Shown: piece by piece, positions 9,085 through 19,011 of the stretch
How positions within the stretch are numbered: position 1 is the stretch's first letter
How the letters are laid out: each line of letters starts with the position of its first letter
Assembly: GCA_016699955.1 (NCBI GenBank)
Contig: CP064993.1
Location: 810,001-842,000, forward strand
Length of the DNA stretch: 32,000 nucleotides
Reading direction: 5' to 3'
DNA from: Candidatus Saccharimonadota bacterium
GTDB taxonomy: Bacteria; Patescibacteriota; Saccharimonadia; Saccharimonadales; UBA4665
Translations under genes and position numbers: made by a program
The notes under the pieces: model-generated
Database searches by the model: none
What the model saw: only the letters and a program-made list of their open reading frames with translations
What the model was told of the DNA's origin: nothing

Positions 9085-10158
9085 ATGCTCTATGAACCAA
9101 GTAGGTCATTTGATGAAAATGTGGCGGAGGGGCCGTTTGACATCGACCCCAAAGATTACCGCAAGCCGAACGAGCTGCCGAAGTATACATTCTTGGGTTT
9201 CCCGATCAATTTTCCGTTTGGGATTGCGGCCGGCTCCCTGCCTACCTCGCGCCATACAAATGCTGCGTTTCGGCTTGGTTACGATGTGGTGGTGTATAAA
9301 ACCCAACGTGCTCACGAGTTCCCGTGTAACCCCTACCCTAACGTCTTGCCGCTTCAGATTGATGGCGACCTGACACTCGAAAAGCTTTCAGACCCACTGG
9401 TCGTAGCAGATACCTTTGCCGAAGACGTTTCGAAACTGAGTGTAACCAATTCATTTGGAGTTCCTTCCCCCGACCCAACCGTTTGGACGGCCGACCTACC
9501 AAAAGCTTTGGCTGGTGCGGGCAAAGGTCAATTATTGGTTATGAGTGTGGTTGGAACAATCCGTGAACATTTTGGACCTAGCGAATACTACGATGATTTT
9601 GCGAGCGCAGCAGCTCTGGCAAAAGAGGCAGGCGCACAAGTGGTCGAAATCAATCTGTCATGTCCAAATGTGGCGAGTGAGGGCGTGATTTGCTACAACC
9701 ACGATGCGGTGACGGAAATATGCAAGCGGACAAAAGCCGCTCTAGGTAATATGCCGCTGGTTATAAAAATAGGTTATTTCACCCAGGAGCAGCAAAGTAC
9801 TCTTGAGGAAATTGTTCGGGACGTTGATCAGTACGTTGCGGCGATTAGCGCAATCAATACATTGCAGGGAACTATTGTTGATAGTAATGGTGAGCAGGCA
9901 TTACCAGGACCAGGACGACTGAAAAGCGGAGTCTGCGGAGCAGGAATAAAATGGGCGGGACTTGATATGGTACGGCGGCTTGACGCGCTCCGCACGAAAG
10001 AAGGCTATGACTACGAAATAATCGGTGTGGGTGGCGTCATGACACCGGCAGATTACGCCGAATATCGAGCAGCTGGTGCTGATGTAGTGCAAGCTGTCAC
10101 TGCGCCAATGTGGAATCCGCTGCTCGCCCAAGAAATTATGTCGTCTAACAAGCAGTAA
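9085..10158 (+). CDS. pyrD: Dihydroorotate dehydrogenase (class 1-like)
   Basis: NLSCPNV active-site loop, a C-terminal GVGGV FMN-binding-type segment, and operon context. Confidence 0.8.
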   Translation: MLYEPSRSFDENVAEGPFDIDPKDYRKPNELPKYTFLGFPINFPFGIAAGSLPTSRHTNAAFRLGYDVVVYKTQRAHEFPCNPYPNVLPLQIDGDLTLEKLSDPLVVADTFAEDVSKLSVTNSFGVPSPDPTVWTADLPKALAGAGKGQLLVMSVVGTIREHFGPSEYYDDFASAAALAKEAGAQVVEINLSCPNVASEGVICYNHDAVTEICKRTKAALGNMPLVIKIGYFTQEQQSTLEEIVRDVDQYVAAISAINTLQGTIVDSNGEQALPGPGRLKSGVCGAGIKWAGLDMVRRLDALRTKEGYDYEIIGVGGVMTPADYAEYRAAGADVVQAVTAPMWNPLLAQEIMSSNKQ

Positions 10159-10188
10159 CTTGGCGTTTACGCTCGAGTTCGGGTTATT

Positions 10189-11037
10189 TTAGCGATACTG
10201 CTGGAGGCGGGCAATGCGAGCCGCGGTGCTTGGGTGGGTAGAAAACAGGCTGGAGAGACCTTGCATGCTGAACATATTGGTAAACATAAGGTGTGCTGTG
10301 GCTTGCTCGTTCGGGCGAGGCTGTAAACCGGCCATGTTTGGTTTGAAATTTTCCAGTTTTTGTAGGGCACTTGCTAGGTCGCTCCCCTGTCCAACAAGGT
10401 TAGCGCCGTGTTCATCAGCGCCAAACTCGCGGCTGCGCGAGACCGCCATCTGAATCATCATGGCAGCAAACGGTGCAAGTATTAGCATGGCAAGGCTACC
10501 TGCCCAATTGTTGCCTTCGTCGTCGCTACCCCCAAAAAGTGAGCCTCCCCAAAACGCCATTTCAGCCAAGATAGCTATTGCGCCACCCACGGCAGCGGCA
10601 ATGGTAGAAACCAGCATGTCGTAGTTTTTTACATGACCAAGTTCGTGAGCAAGGACAGCGCGCAGTTCACGTTCGTTTAATATTTCGGTGATTCCTCGGG
10701 TTACGGCTACAACGGCGTGTTTCGGACTGCGGCCAGTGGCAAAGGCATTTGGTACCGGTGTATCAACAAAGTATAACTTTGGCATAGGCAGGTTGTCTTT
10801 TTGCGTAAGCTCGCGCACGGCCTTTTCGACATGCGGAAAAGCTTGGGTGTCGAGCGGGACAGCGCGTTGCATTTTTAGTACCATACTGCCGCTGAACCAG
10901 TACATGCCGAAGTTCATGACCGTTGCGAGGAGCAGCGCAATAATAGCTCCACTACGTCCGCCGAGCATGTATCCGACTGCCAGAAACAGGCCTGTCAGTG
11001 CCCCCAGTAGTAATGTTGTTTTTGCAAATGATTTCAT
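10189..11037 (-). CDS. htpX: Zinc metalloprotease HtpX (M48)
   Basis: HELGHVKN (HExxH), four hydrophobic segments, and an HtpX-like N-terminus. Confidence 0.9.
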   Translation of the reverse strand: MKSFAKTTLLLGALTGLFLAVGYMLGGRSGAIIALLLATVMNFGMYWFSGSMVLKMQRAVPLDTQAFPHVEKAVRELTQKDNLPMPKLYFVDTPVPNAFATGRSPKHAVVAVTRGITEILNERELRAVLAHELGHVKNYDMLVSTIAAAVGGAIAILAEMAFWGGSLFGGSDDEGNNWAGSLAMLILAPFAAMMIQMAVSRSREFGADEHGANLVGQGSDLASALQKLENFKPNMAGLQPRPNEQATAHLMFTNMFSMQGLSSLFSTHPSTAARIARLQQYR

Positions 11038-11154
11038 TCTTCTTGACCAGTTCTACTCCAGATTTTTTTCTGCAGCTTCACCATTATCTCATATCTGCTT
11101 TATTTTTTCACCGACTCCCGCACAAAGCGCCCTTAGCGCAGTATCATTTTGGGG

Positions 11155-11163
11155 TGATACAAT
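11155..11163 (+). promoter_or_regulatory. Extended -10 (TGATACAAT) 7 nt before ATG 11171, suggesting a leaderless transcript
   Basis: TGnTAnnnT pattern. No SD between it and the start codon. Confidence 0.45.
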
Positions 11164-11170
11164 AATCCAG

Positions 11171-12226
11171 ATGATAGATGATGAAAGCTACAAAAAGTGC
11201 AGACGTGAGGTCTCGGACTATATTAGTGACTGGTTCGACAAACAATCGTCTGAGGCAGCAGTTATACACAAAAACTATGAAAGGCTGATGCGTATAGCTG
11301 GCGAAAGTATGCAGGACGGTGGTAAATATCTGCGGCCGTATCTAGTGTGGTTGGGCTATAAGTACGGCGACAAAACCACTTCTATTGTGCCAGTTGCCGC
11401 TGCTTTTGAGCTACTGCATTACGCGTTCCTTATTCATGATGACATTATTGATGGAGATGTTCGCCGCCGCGGAAAACTAAACATTACTGGTAGGTATATA
11501 GAAGTTTACCAATCAATAACGTCTCAAGCGAAGCGAAAACACTTTGCTGAGAGCGTGGCCCTGCTGGCAGGAGATATTTGTATAGCCGGCTCTATCTCGA
11601 TGGTACTTGACAGCGCGTTTGATCCCGGACAGCAGCAAAAAGCACTTCGGCATCTTCTAGCAAGTATGTATGAGGTGGGCGGTGGTGAACTACTCGATGT
11701 GGAGGCTTCGATGGGTTTGGAAGATAAAGCCCCGCCTGAAACAATCTACCGTTATAAGACGGCGGGATATTCCATGGTTCATCCGTTACTGGTCGGTGCC
11801 GAGTTGGCCGGTTGCTCAAACGATATACGCCGTACGCTTGAATCATTTGGTATAGAGCTGGGCATTGCATTTCAACTCTCAGACGATATTCTCGGTGTTT
11901 TTGGTGACGAAAAGCTTACTGGTAAATCAACGCTGAGCGACCTACGTGAGGGCAAATACAGCTACCTTATTGCCCAGTTTGAGAGGCATGCGAACCCAGC
12001 TCAGCGCAAGAAATTTTATACCCATTTTGGGCAAAGCAACCTGTCTGAACGAGAGGCTAGCCTACTGCGCACTATCTTAGATGATTGCGGAGCGAAACAG
12101 GCAGCTGTTCATGCTGTCGATGAATATACTGAGCGAGCAAACCAGTTACTTGCCTTGTTGCCGCGCGGCGAAGCGAGCCAAGCGCTACAAGAACTGATTA
12201 CAGTTCTCAAAAGGCGATGTGCTTAA
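11171..12226 (+). CDS. Polyprenyl diphosphate synthase (trans-IPPS)
   Basis: First aspartate-rich motif LIHDDIIDGD and second motif QLSDDILGVFGD. The 512-aa ORF in the track is an over-extension that runs antisense through htpX. Confidence 0.85.
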   Translation: MIDDESYKKCRREVSDYISDWFDKQSSEAAVIHKNYERLMRIAGESMQDGGKYLRPYLVWLGYKYGDKTTSIVPVAAAFELLHYAFLIHDDIIDGDVRRRGKLNITGRYIEVYQSITSQAKRKHFAESVALLAGDICIAGSISMVLDSAFDPGQQQKALRHLLASMYEVGGGELLDVEASMGLEDKAPPETIYRYKTAGYSMVHPLLVGAELAGCSNDIRRTLESFGIELGIAFQLSDDILGVFGDEKLTGKSTLSDLREGKYSYLIAQFERHANPAQRKKFYTHFGQSNLSEREASLLRTILDDCGAKQAAVHAVDEYTERANQLLALLPRGEASQALQELITVLKRRCA

Positions 12227-12280
12227 GGGCGTGAGTGCGGCATCATTGCAAATAACGCTCTGGTCTAGTACCATAAGCGG

Positions 12281-13573
12281 GTGAAAATAATCGGTGTATT
12301 TGGGCAGCAGCGCGGCGACGAGGGCAAGGGCCGAGTTGTTGATATGCTTGCCGAGTCATGTGACATAGTTGCTCGCTTTAACGGTGGCAGCAATGCCGGG
12401 CATACGGTAGTTTTGCCCGATGGCCGTGAGCTTGCGCTACATATCGTGCCCTCGGGCATTGCACATAACGACGCAGTCAACGTCATTGGCGGTGGTACTA
12501 TTGTCGATCCCGCTAGTTTTTGTGAAGAAGTTGCCCAGATTGAAAAACTAGGCATTGCCGTAACGCCTGCAAATCTAAAAGTCAGCTCATCTGCCCACCT
12601 TGTGCTGCCCCATTACAAACAGCTGGAAGAAATTCGCGAAATTGGTCGCTCTGCTCAGGGAACTACTAAAGCCGGCATTGCCGATACCTACGCTGCAAAG
12701 GCGCAGCGGGCTGGTGTACGGGTCGAGCGAGTGCTTGGTAATCACGAGTCGCTTCTGCGCGTGGTGCGGGAAGGACTAGAGGCTTTGCAAATCGAACGAA
12801 AAAACCACGATTTACCCACTGTAGATATTGATAATGAAGTTAAATTGTACGCCGAAGCCATACTCAAGTTACAGCCTTTCGTGACCGATACATCGGTATA
12901 CGTGAACGAACGTCTCCAGGCGGGGGCTTGTTTGTTGGCGGAAGGAGCGCAAGCGTTTTTACTAGACATTGACCACGGCATGTACCCGTTTGTGACGTCG
13001 TCGTCGACAACTGCCGGAGGGGTGGCCACTGGTCTTGGGATAGCGCCCAACACATTAGACCGCTCAATCGGTATCGTAAAAGCGGTGCAATCACATGTTG
13101 GTGGTGGACCGTTTGTGACAGAAATTCATGACGAAAAACTGCTCAGTGTTTTGCACGGCGATATGTCGACTATTGATGCAGAAAAAGGTACGACGACCGG
13201 TCGTGTACGGCGACTAGGGTACCTTGACATTACTGGCATACGCCGGGCAAATATGATAAACGGCACGACTGAACTTGCTATCACAAAGCTTGACTGGGTA
13301 CCGCGCTACGGCAGTAAAATCAAAGTCTGCAAGGCGTACAAGTACCGCGGAGAAACACTTTCAATGGCGCCTGATTCAGCTTGGGCTCTCGAGAAATGCG
13401 AGCCAGTGTACGAAGAACTTTCTGCTTGGGATGAAGATATTACAGAAGTGAGAAACTTTTCAGACCTGCCCGAGGCTGCACAAAAGTATGTTAAAGCCAT
13501 CGAAAAATGGACAGGTCTCCCTGTTACTTATATTGGTGTTGGCCCCCGACGCGACCAGGTCATCATCCGCTAG
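12281..13573 (+). CDS. purA: Adenylosuccinate synthetase
   Basis: P-loop-like GDEGKGR, plus NGGSNAGHTV and TTGRVRR motifs. Confidence 0.9.
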   Translation: MKIIGVFGQQRGDEGKGRVVDMLAESCDIVARFNGGSNAGHTVVLPDGRELALHIVPSGIAHNDAVNVIGGGTIVDPASFCEEVAQIEKLGIAVTPANLKVSSSAHLVLPHYKQLEEIREIGRSAQGTTKAGIADTYAAKAQRAGVRVERVLGNHESLLRVVREGLEALQIERKNHDLPTVDIDNEVKLYAEAILKLQPFVTDTSVYVNERLQAGACLLAEGAQAFLLDIDHGMYPFVTSSSTTAGGVATGLGIAPNTLDRSIGIVKAVQSHVGGGPFVTEIHDEKLLSVLHGDMSTIDAEKGTTTGRVRRLGYLDITGIRRANMINGTTELAITKLDWVPRYGSKIKVCKAYKYRGETLSMAPDSAWALEKCEPVYEELSAWDEDITEVRNFSDLPEAAQKYVKAIEKWTGLPVTYIGVGPRRDQVIIR

Positions 13574-13704
13574 CTTTTGATATAGGCTTCTCTTGCCCTG
13601 CCCAGTATTGTATTGTCCAACGTTAAACCTAATTCAAATATATTATTGACGAATATAATTCACGGCCGCGGAATATATTTACGTTATGCCTAAAGTGTAT
13701 TTGT

Positions 13705-14511
13705 TTAGTAGGTCTTGTTGAAGGCGTGGATGAGGTTGGCTAGGCTTGGTGTGGTGGCGTTGAAGCAATGAGCATCGACGGAATGAATCGGGAGGATTTT
13801 TGCGCTGGTACTGGTTAGGAAAGCTGTGTCGTAGCTTGCTAGTGAGTCGAGCGGAATGGGCTGATGGACAATGTCGAAGCCCTGGGCGCGCGCGAGTTTC
13901 AGGACATGGTCACGGGTGACACCGAGGAGAATGTCTGACTCGGGGGGCGAAAAGATAGTGGTGTCTCGCATGACGAAAAAGTTGCTGCGAGTGCCTTCGG
14001 TGATTTCGCCCCGGCGATTAATGAGCAGCGCATCATGCGCCTCAGCTCTCACGGCATCTCGGTAGGCGAGGTAGCTTGGTAGCATGTTGAGTGTTTTAGC
14101 GTGGGGGTACATGCGCTCGTACTCATATGTCGTGCAATGACAGCCCGTTTTATACAGTTTGCGGTCGACAAAATATGGCGCGAGACACAAGATGTATATA
14201 TCGGCATCAGTCGCTGCCTTACTGCCAATTAGTAGTACCTTTACATTACACGTTTCAACTTCATTTGCCTTGACTATATCTGTTACGAAGGCTTCAATTT
14301 GACTTGGTTTATAATTGTGTTCTAGCCCGATGGTGTCAGCCGAGGTTTGCAGGCGCTGGCAGTGATCCTTAATAAACCGTGGTTTACCATCCGAAACACG
14401 TATGGTTTCATACACGCCAAAACCATAGCTGTATTCAATGCTGGCAAGTGGCACAACAGCTTTCTCAAGTGGCAACACTGCCCCGTTGTGCGAAAAAAAC
14501 TGAAAACTCAT
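13705..14511 (-). CDS. Class IV (fold type IV) aminotransferase: branched-chain / D-amino-acid aminotransferase or aminodeoxychorismate lyase family
   Basis: 268 aa with the EGTRSNFFV motif and a family-like N-terminus (YGFGVYETIR). Confidence 0.8.
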   Translation of the reverse strand: MSFQFFSHNGAVLPLEKAVVPLASIEYSYGFGVYETIRVSDGKPRFIKDHCQRLQTSADTIGLEHNYKPSQIEAFVTDIVKANEVETCNVKVLLIGSKAATDADIYILCLAPYFVDRKLYKTGCHCTTYEYERMYPHAKTLNMLPSYLAYRDAVRAEAHDALLINRRGEITEGTRSNFFVMRDTTIFSPPESDILLGVTRDHVLKLARAQGFDIVHQPIPLDSLASYDTAFLTSTSAKILPIHSVDAHCFNATTPSLANLIHAFNKTY

Positions 14512-14558
14512 AACAGTATTTTACCTCAGTCCCAATTAAGTACCACCTACTTTCTTAA

Positions 14559-14807
14559 CTAGCGGATGCGGGTTTTAAGACGAAGGTTTGAGAGGTACTG
14601 CTCGGCGGTTATCCCAGGGTGCGCACAGAGATAGGCAACATGTTTGTCAACAAATGACATACTGTGGTCGGGGTAAATCTCTGCGTTGGGGTTGTAAGAA
14701 GATGTAGTGGTAAAAGCTTCGTCTTCCAACATAGCTTGTAGTTTCCGGCAAAAGATTTTGCCTTCTTCAGATTGAAGAAAAGTAGTAACCGGTATTGTGC
14801 TTGCCAT
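14559..14807 (-). CDS. Hypothetical small protein (82 aa)
   Basis: Strong SD GAAGGAG 7 nt upstream of the ATG. Packed between the helicase and aminotransferase genes on the same strand. Confidence 0.55.
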   Translation of the reverse strand: MASTIPVTTFLQSEEGKIFCRKLQAMLEDEAFTTTSSYNPNAEIYPDHSMSFVDKHVAYLCAHPGITAEQYLSNLRLKTRIR

Positions 14808-14828
14808 ATAAACTCCTTCAATATGACG

Positions 14829-16118
14829 TTATTTTTCGACGAATGTGTATGCGTAACCGATGCGACCAGCTCGGCCGGCACGGCCAATGCGGTGAATGTA
14901 GTCATCGTAGGTTTGTGGTTGTGTGTAGTTTATGACGTGGGTTATGTCGATTACGTCAAGACCACGGGCAGCGACATCGGTTGCAACCAATATTTTTACG
15001 GTATTATCTTTAAAACTTTTGAGTGCGCGGGCGCGCTGGCTTTGGCTTTTGCCACCGTGGATACTCGCAACATGGAAGCCACGCGCCGTAAGATCGTTTT
15101 CGAGCCGTTCGACGCTGCGTTGGGTTCCCTCAAAAATGATGGCTTTTTCGGTGTCTGGCTGAAGAAGGATATCGTGTAGTTTTTCTTGCTTGTCAGTTTT
15201 GCCGCTAAATTGCATAACGTCTTGGTGCACGTTTTCACTTGTCGTGCTGGCTCTAACGGTAACCATTTCGGCGTCTGGTGAAAAAGTGTGAATAAGGTTA
15301 GTTACCCGCGTGTCCATAGTGGCGGAAAAGTAGAATGACTGGCGTTTGACTGCAAGCTGGCTGAGCAGCAATCGAACATCATTTACAAAACCCATATCGA
15401 GCATGCGATCAACTTCATCGAGTACTACTAGATTAAACCCATCGAGTTTAAGCGTATTTTGGTCAATGTGGTCTTTGATTCGTCCTGGAGTACCAATAAC
15501 GAGTCGTGGGCCCGCGCGAAGATCGCGGAGCTGTGGCCCATAAGCCATGCCACCGAGCAACAGAGCGCCGCTGAAGCCACCGCCCTTACCCATGTCTCGG
15601 CATTCGGCTTCAATTTGTTGAGCAAGTTCTCGTGTCGGTGCAACAATCAGTGCTTTACTGTTTTGGTCGGCCATGAGACGGTGCAAGATAGGCAGCGCAA
15701 AAGCGGCGGTTTTACCAGTGCCTGTGCTGGCAATACCAATTACGTCTTTGCCGGCTAGGCCGAGTGCGATCGTTTGATCTTGAATGGGCGTAGGAGCCAC
15801 ATAGCCCTTGGTGGCGATGTTGGCATGGAGGCGCTTGTCAAATGCGAAGTCCGCAAAAACATGTTTAGCTTCGTATGAATCGGCCGTAACTGGAGCTGCA
15901 ACCTGAACGAAGCGTGCAGGGTTAATGTACTGGCCTGCTCCGCGTGCGCGGCGCTGAGGCTTTGGTTTTGCATAGGGGGAACGGCTGCTTTTATAGGCAA
16001 AGCCGCGTCGTGATGATACTGGCATAAGATTTATGTATTCCTTTAGGTCAAGTGGTTTATAGTGTATAGCCGACAATAATAAACGTATGTACGTCTTGTC
16101 GTATTGCCTGTATGACAC
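14829..16118 (-). CDS. DEAD-box ATP-dependent RNA helicase (DEVD variant); likely true start ATG at 16025
   Basis: Q motif PTPIQ, motif I ASTGTGKT, motif II VLDEVD, motif III SAT, motif VI HRIGRAGRAG. Confidence 0.9.
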   Translation of the reverse strand: MSYRQYDKTYIRLLLSAIHYKPLDLKEYINLMPVSSRRGFAYKSSRSPYAKPKPQRRARGAGQYINPARFVQVAAPVTADSYEAKHVFADFAFDKRLHANIATKGYVAPTPIQDQTIALGLAGKDVIGIASTGTGKTAAFALPILHRLMADQNSKALIVAPTRELAQQIEAECRDMGKGGGFSGALLLGGMAYGPQLRDLRAGPRLVIGTPGRIKDHIDQNTLKLDGFNLVVLDEVDRMLDMGFVNDVRLLLSQLAVKRQSFYFSATMDTRVTNLIHTFSPDAEMVTVRASTTSENVHQDVMQFSGKTDKQEKLHDILLQPDTEKAIIFEGTQRSVERLENDLTARGFHVASIHGGKSQSQRARALKSFKDNTVKILVATDVAARGLDVIDITHVINYTQPQTYDDYIHRIGRAGRAGRIGYAYTFVEK

Positions 16119-16538
16119 CGAAGCACTAACCTACCAACCTAGGAATCATAGAAACAATTACTTAAAATTCTAGCATAAATACTTTTGATAAGCAAGCGGC
16201 TGTGGAGGTTCACTACATGAGCGCCACTTCTTCAGCTTCCAGCGTGCCGAAGTTTCTAGCCCAGACAGCTAGGAAAATGTTACTTCCAAACAACAATGGC
16301 ATGCTGTCCCGGGTATTTCTAGCGTAGCTGACTCTGGGTTTGTGGTGGTGTATAGTATTGACGTACCGTGAGCACCCATGTAGAGAGCGCAAAACCGGCA
16401 CTGCCGATACGCGCAACACGGGGCAACCACGGTGGCACAGTGTAATACCAACAGAGAATGACTGACATCGGCGACGAACCTGCTTGCAGGCTAAAAATCG
16501 CAGCGGATAAACAACTTATAATTAGCGGGGTTAAATGT

Positions 16539-16961
16539 ATGGCAGAAAATAAAACAAAGCCCACTGTCGTTAATCCGGCGTCTTTCTTGGCTGGCGTGTC
16601 GAATGCGACTCGGCGGGAAGACGGAGCTAAGTTGCTGGACATAATGCAGGAAATAACCGGCCAAGATCCTGTCATGTGGGGGCCGAGCATGATTGGTTTT
16701 GGCTCGTACCATTACAAGGGTAGGTCAAGTGAAGGCGACTGGCTTCGCGTTGGGTTTTCGCCCCGCTCCTCTGCACTCGTGTTGTACGGCCTAGTCTTTT
16801 ACGATGAAAATGAACCAAATAATCACCTGCTGAGTACGCTCGGGAAATACACGCGTGGCAAGGGTTGTCTTTATGTGAAATCGCTGGCAGATGTAGACGA
16901 GCTGGTGTTGCGCAAAATGATAAAAAACGCCTATTTTCATGAGGCGACGAACGAAACATGA
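16539..16961 (+). CDS. DUF1801 (YdhG-like) domain protein
   Basis: MAENKTKPTVVNPASFL...GFGSYHYKGRS pattern. The track ORF start at 16458 is probably an over-extension. Confidence 0.7.
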   Translation: MAENKTKPTVVNPASFLAGVSNATRREDGAKLLDIMQEITGQDPVMWGPSMIGFGSYHYKGRSSEGDWLRVGFSPRSSALVLYGLVFYDENEPNNHLLSTLGKYTRGKGCLYVKSLADVDELVLRKMIKNAYFHEATNET

Positions 16962-17305
16962 CAGTTGAGGCGTACATTGACCAGTTCCCTGCTGCTGTAA
17001 AAGAGCGGCTTCTTGCCATGCGTGAAATTGTACACACACGCGTACCGGAAGCGGAAGAATCTTTTTCCTACGGCATGCCTGCTTACATGCTATACGGTAA
17101 ACCACTTGTGTACTTTGCTGGCTACGACAAACACATTGGGCTGTATGCAACCCCCACTGGCCATGCGGCTTTCAAAAAAGAGCTTGCTCCCTACAAACAA
17201 GGTAAAGGTTCGGTTCAGTTTCCTCTTGACCAACCGCTGCCGCTAAACTTGGTTGAAAAAATTGTTCTCTTCCGTGCTGCCGAGGTCACGGCGAGCGTTA
17301 ATTAA
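16958..17305 (+). CDS. DUF1801 (YdhG-like) domain protein
   Basis: FSYGMPAY...KHIGLYATP pattern. A 4-nt ATGA overlap with the upstream paralog. Confidence 0.7.
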   Translation: MTVEAYIDQFPAAVKERLLAMREIVHTRVPEAEESFSYGMPAYMLYGKPLVYFAGYDKHIGLYATPTGHAAFKKELAPYKQGKGSVQFPLDQPLPLNLVEKIVLFRAAEVTASVN

Positions 17306-17331
17306 CGCAGTAAATCTAGTATACTTGTGGT

Positions 17332-17646
17332 ATGAAGAAGCAAACACTAGCTAGCGGGACAGTTCACATTATGCCGTCCGATCTTCGCACAATGCTTGAG
17401 GCAGACAGCGGTTTGGTGGCAGCTTGGCAAAGCATTACACCGTTAGCTCGAAATGAGTTTATTTGCTGGATAGTAGAAGCGAAAAAACCTGAAACTCGTG
17501 CCCGGCGCATCCTCGTTGCCAAAGACAAACTGTCCCGCGGCGAACGTCGCCCCTGCTGTTGGATTGGGTGTATTCATCGCACGGACAAACCACTGAGCCC
17601 ATCGGTTAAAGGTATTATGGAAAAACGCTCTCATTCACGTGGCTAA
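17332..17646 (+). CDS. YdeI/OmpD-associated family protein
   Basis: W..ITPLARNEFICWI...KKPETRARRI pattern typical of the family. Confidence 0.65.
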   Translation: MKKQTLASGTVHIMPSDLRTMLEADSGLVAAWQSITPLARNEFICWIVEAKKPETRARRILVAKDKLSRGERRPCCWIGCIHRTDKPLSPSVKGIMEKRSHSRG

Positions 17647-17816
17647 GCTAGTGTGTTCTTTACCTGGGACGGCTAGATAACAGAGGTGTTTTTCATCTCG
17701 AGCTTTTTTGGGGCGACACGTTTTTTTGTGGCTAGAGGTAGAGCAAACGAACATGACTTAGTTTTGCCGTAGGTTTATTTGCTACGCCAACGCTGAGCGG
17801 TTGGTTGGCTGCCTTG

Positions 17817-18665
17817 CTACGACGCTTGTCTGTAGAGTGAGCCTTCCGATACCCTATCCACAACCTCATGGGCACTGGTGATTACGACGTAGGCGTGCTT
17901 GTCTATGCGGCGAATAGCTTCTTTGAGCCGTTGTTCTTCGAACCGTGTGATGACAGCGAGCATAATACCGTGAGGCTCATTATTGTCACCTGGCTTTGCT
18001 TCTTTAATGTACGTTACAGGCTCACGGATCATTTGGTTGATAGCCCCACCAATCTCGCGGACGTGCATACTAACAATCCACATACAGCGATCTTCGTTAA
18101 GTCCTTCTACGACAACGTCGATTGCTTTATGGGCGATAAAGTAGGCGATTAGTGAATACATTGCCTGTTCCCAGCCATAAACGAACCCTGCCAGCGTAAT
18201 AATGGTACCGTTAATGACCATGATTGCCTCGCCAACGGTAAATACAGTCACTTTGTCGACCAAGACGGCAATGGTATCCGCACCGTCAATTATGCCACCA
18301 TGACGTATTACCAGCCCCACTCCTAATCCGACTATTAAGCCACCAAAAATCGCTGCAAGCATTGGGACATCCGTTGCCCCAGTATCGACATGGAAAAATG
18401 TCAAAAGTGCGAGTGTTGTGATGCCGATTGTAGAATACACGGCAAAGACTTTTCCGAATTTGCGGTAACCAAGCATGACGAACGGTATGTTTAGAATAAG
18501 CAAAAATAGACCGAGTGGCAGACCAGTTAGTTTCGCAGTGATAATAGAGAGTCCGGTCACTCCCCCGTCCAGTAAATGGTTTGGTAATAAGAAAAACTGC
18601 AGGCCGACTGCAGTGACAATGCTCCCTAATATGACAAATGTGATTCGTTTGACGTGTTCGGTAAT
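17817..18665 (-). CDS. YitT family membrane protein; proposed non-canonical ATT start at 18665
   Basis: The track ORF begins at GTG 18560. However, 35 more in-frame codons (ITEHVKRITFVILGSIVTAVGLQFFLLPNHLLDGG) look like the usual YitT N-terminus, and GAAAGGAAG precedes them. Confidence 0.75.
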   Translation of the reverse strand: MTEHVKRITFVILGSIVTAVGLQFFLLPNHLLDGGVTGLSIITAKLTGLPLGLFLLILNIPFVMLGYRKFGKVFAVYSTIGITTLALLTFFHVDTGATDVPMLAAIFGGLIVGLGVGLVIRHGGIIDGADTIAVLVDKVTVFTVGEAIMVINGTIITLAGFVYGWEQAMYSLIAYFIAHKAIDVVVEGLNEDRCMWIVSMHVREIGGAINQMIREPVTYIKEAKPGDNNEPHGIMLAVITRFEEQRLKEAIRRIDKHAYVVITSAHEVVDRVSEGSLYRQAS

Positions 18666-18753
18666 ACGCTTCCTTTCTGTTTATGTATAGATATATTGTA
18701 CAGGGTTTTGAACCAGACAGAGTGGTTTAAACGGGGTGTACTGGGTTCAATTG

Positions 18754-19011
18754 TTATTTTTTAGCGTCCGCTTCTGATTCCATTTTCTTCAGGCGAGTGT
18801 AGTAATCAGGAATTTCCTTAAGATGTGCCCAAGCTATTTTACCTGTGATTATGGGGTCACCATTTGTTACATTTGTCCCTGGATCATTTGATCCGTGTTC
18901 GAGCTCCACCGCTAGTCCTTTTCTGAACTCATCTAAGTCGTATTTTTTAAAATCTATACCAATTTTCTCTCCGATTGCGCGTGCTTCTTTTTGCGTGAAT
19001 TTTTTAGCCAT
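18754..19011 (-). CDS. Small conserved protein (DUF5661-like)
   Basis: LEHG..DP.T.VT..D...TGKIAWAHLKEIPDYY pattern. A -10-like TACTAT lies 6 nt before the ATG. Confidence 0.6.
   Translation of the reverse strand: MAKKFTQKEARAIGEKIGIDFKKYDLDEFRKGLAVELEHGSNDPGTNVTNGDPIITGKIAWAHLKEIPDYYTRLKKMESEADAKK

Noticed and set aside
10161-10187. Possible tenth, core-genome copy of the cassette-end box between pyrD and htpX (TGGCGTTTACGCTCGAGTTCGGGTTAT)
   Set aside because: Only the ends (CTTGGC..., ...GTTAT) resemble the box. The middle does not align without gaps, and no terminator hairpin follows. It is worth re-testing with a proper model but is not counted here.
10688-12226. 512-aa ORF in the track
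   Set aside because: Its first ~160 codons run antisense through htpX and have low-complexity content. Polyprenyl synthase similarity begins at ATG 11171, which has its own promoter-like box.
14609-16000. Multiple 60-135-aa ORFs overlapping the DEAD-box helicase on either strand
   Set aside because: All lie within a gene that has a complete set of helicase motifs, so they are typical shadow ORFs.
16319-16690. 123-aa minus-strand ORF, or a 49-aa hydrophobic peptide from ATG 16468
   Set aside because: The long form is antisense to the DUF1801 gene. The short form (MSVILCWYYTVPPWLP...) has no recognisable RBS or promoter. It remains unresolved, at best a low-confidence small membrane peptide.
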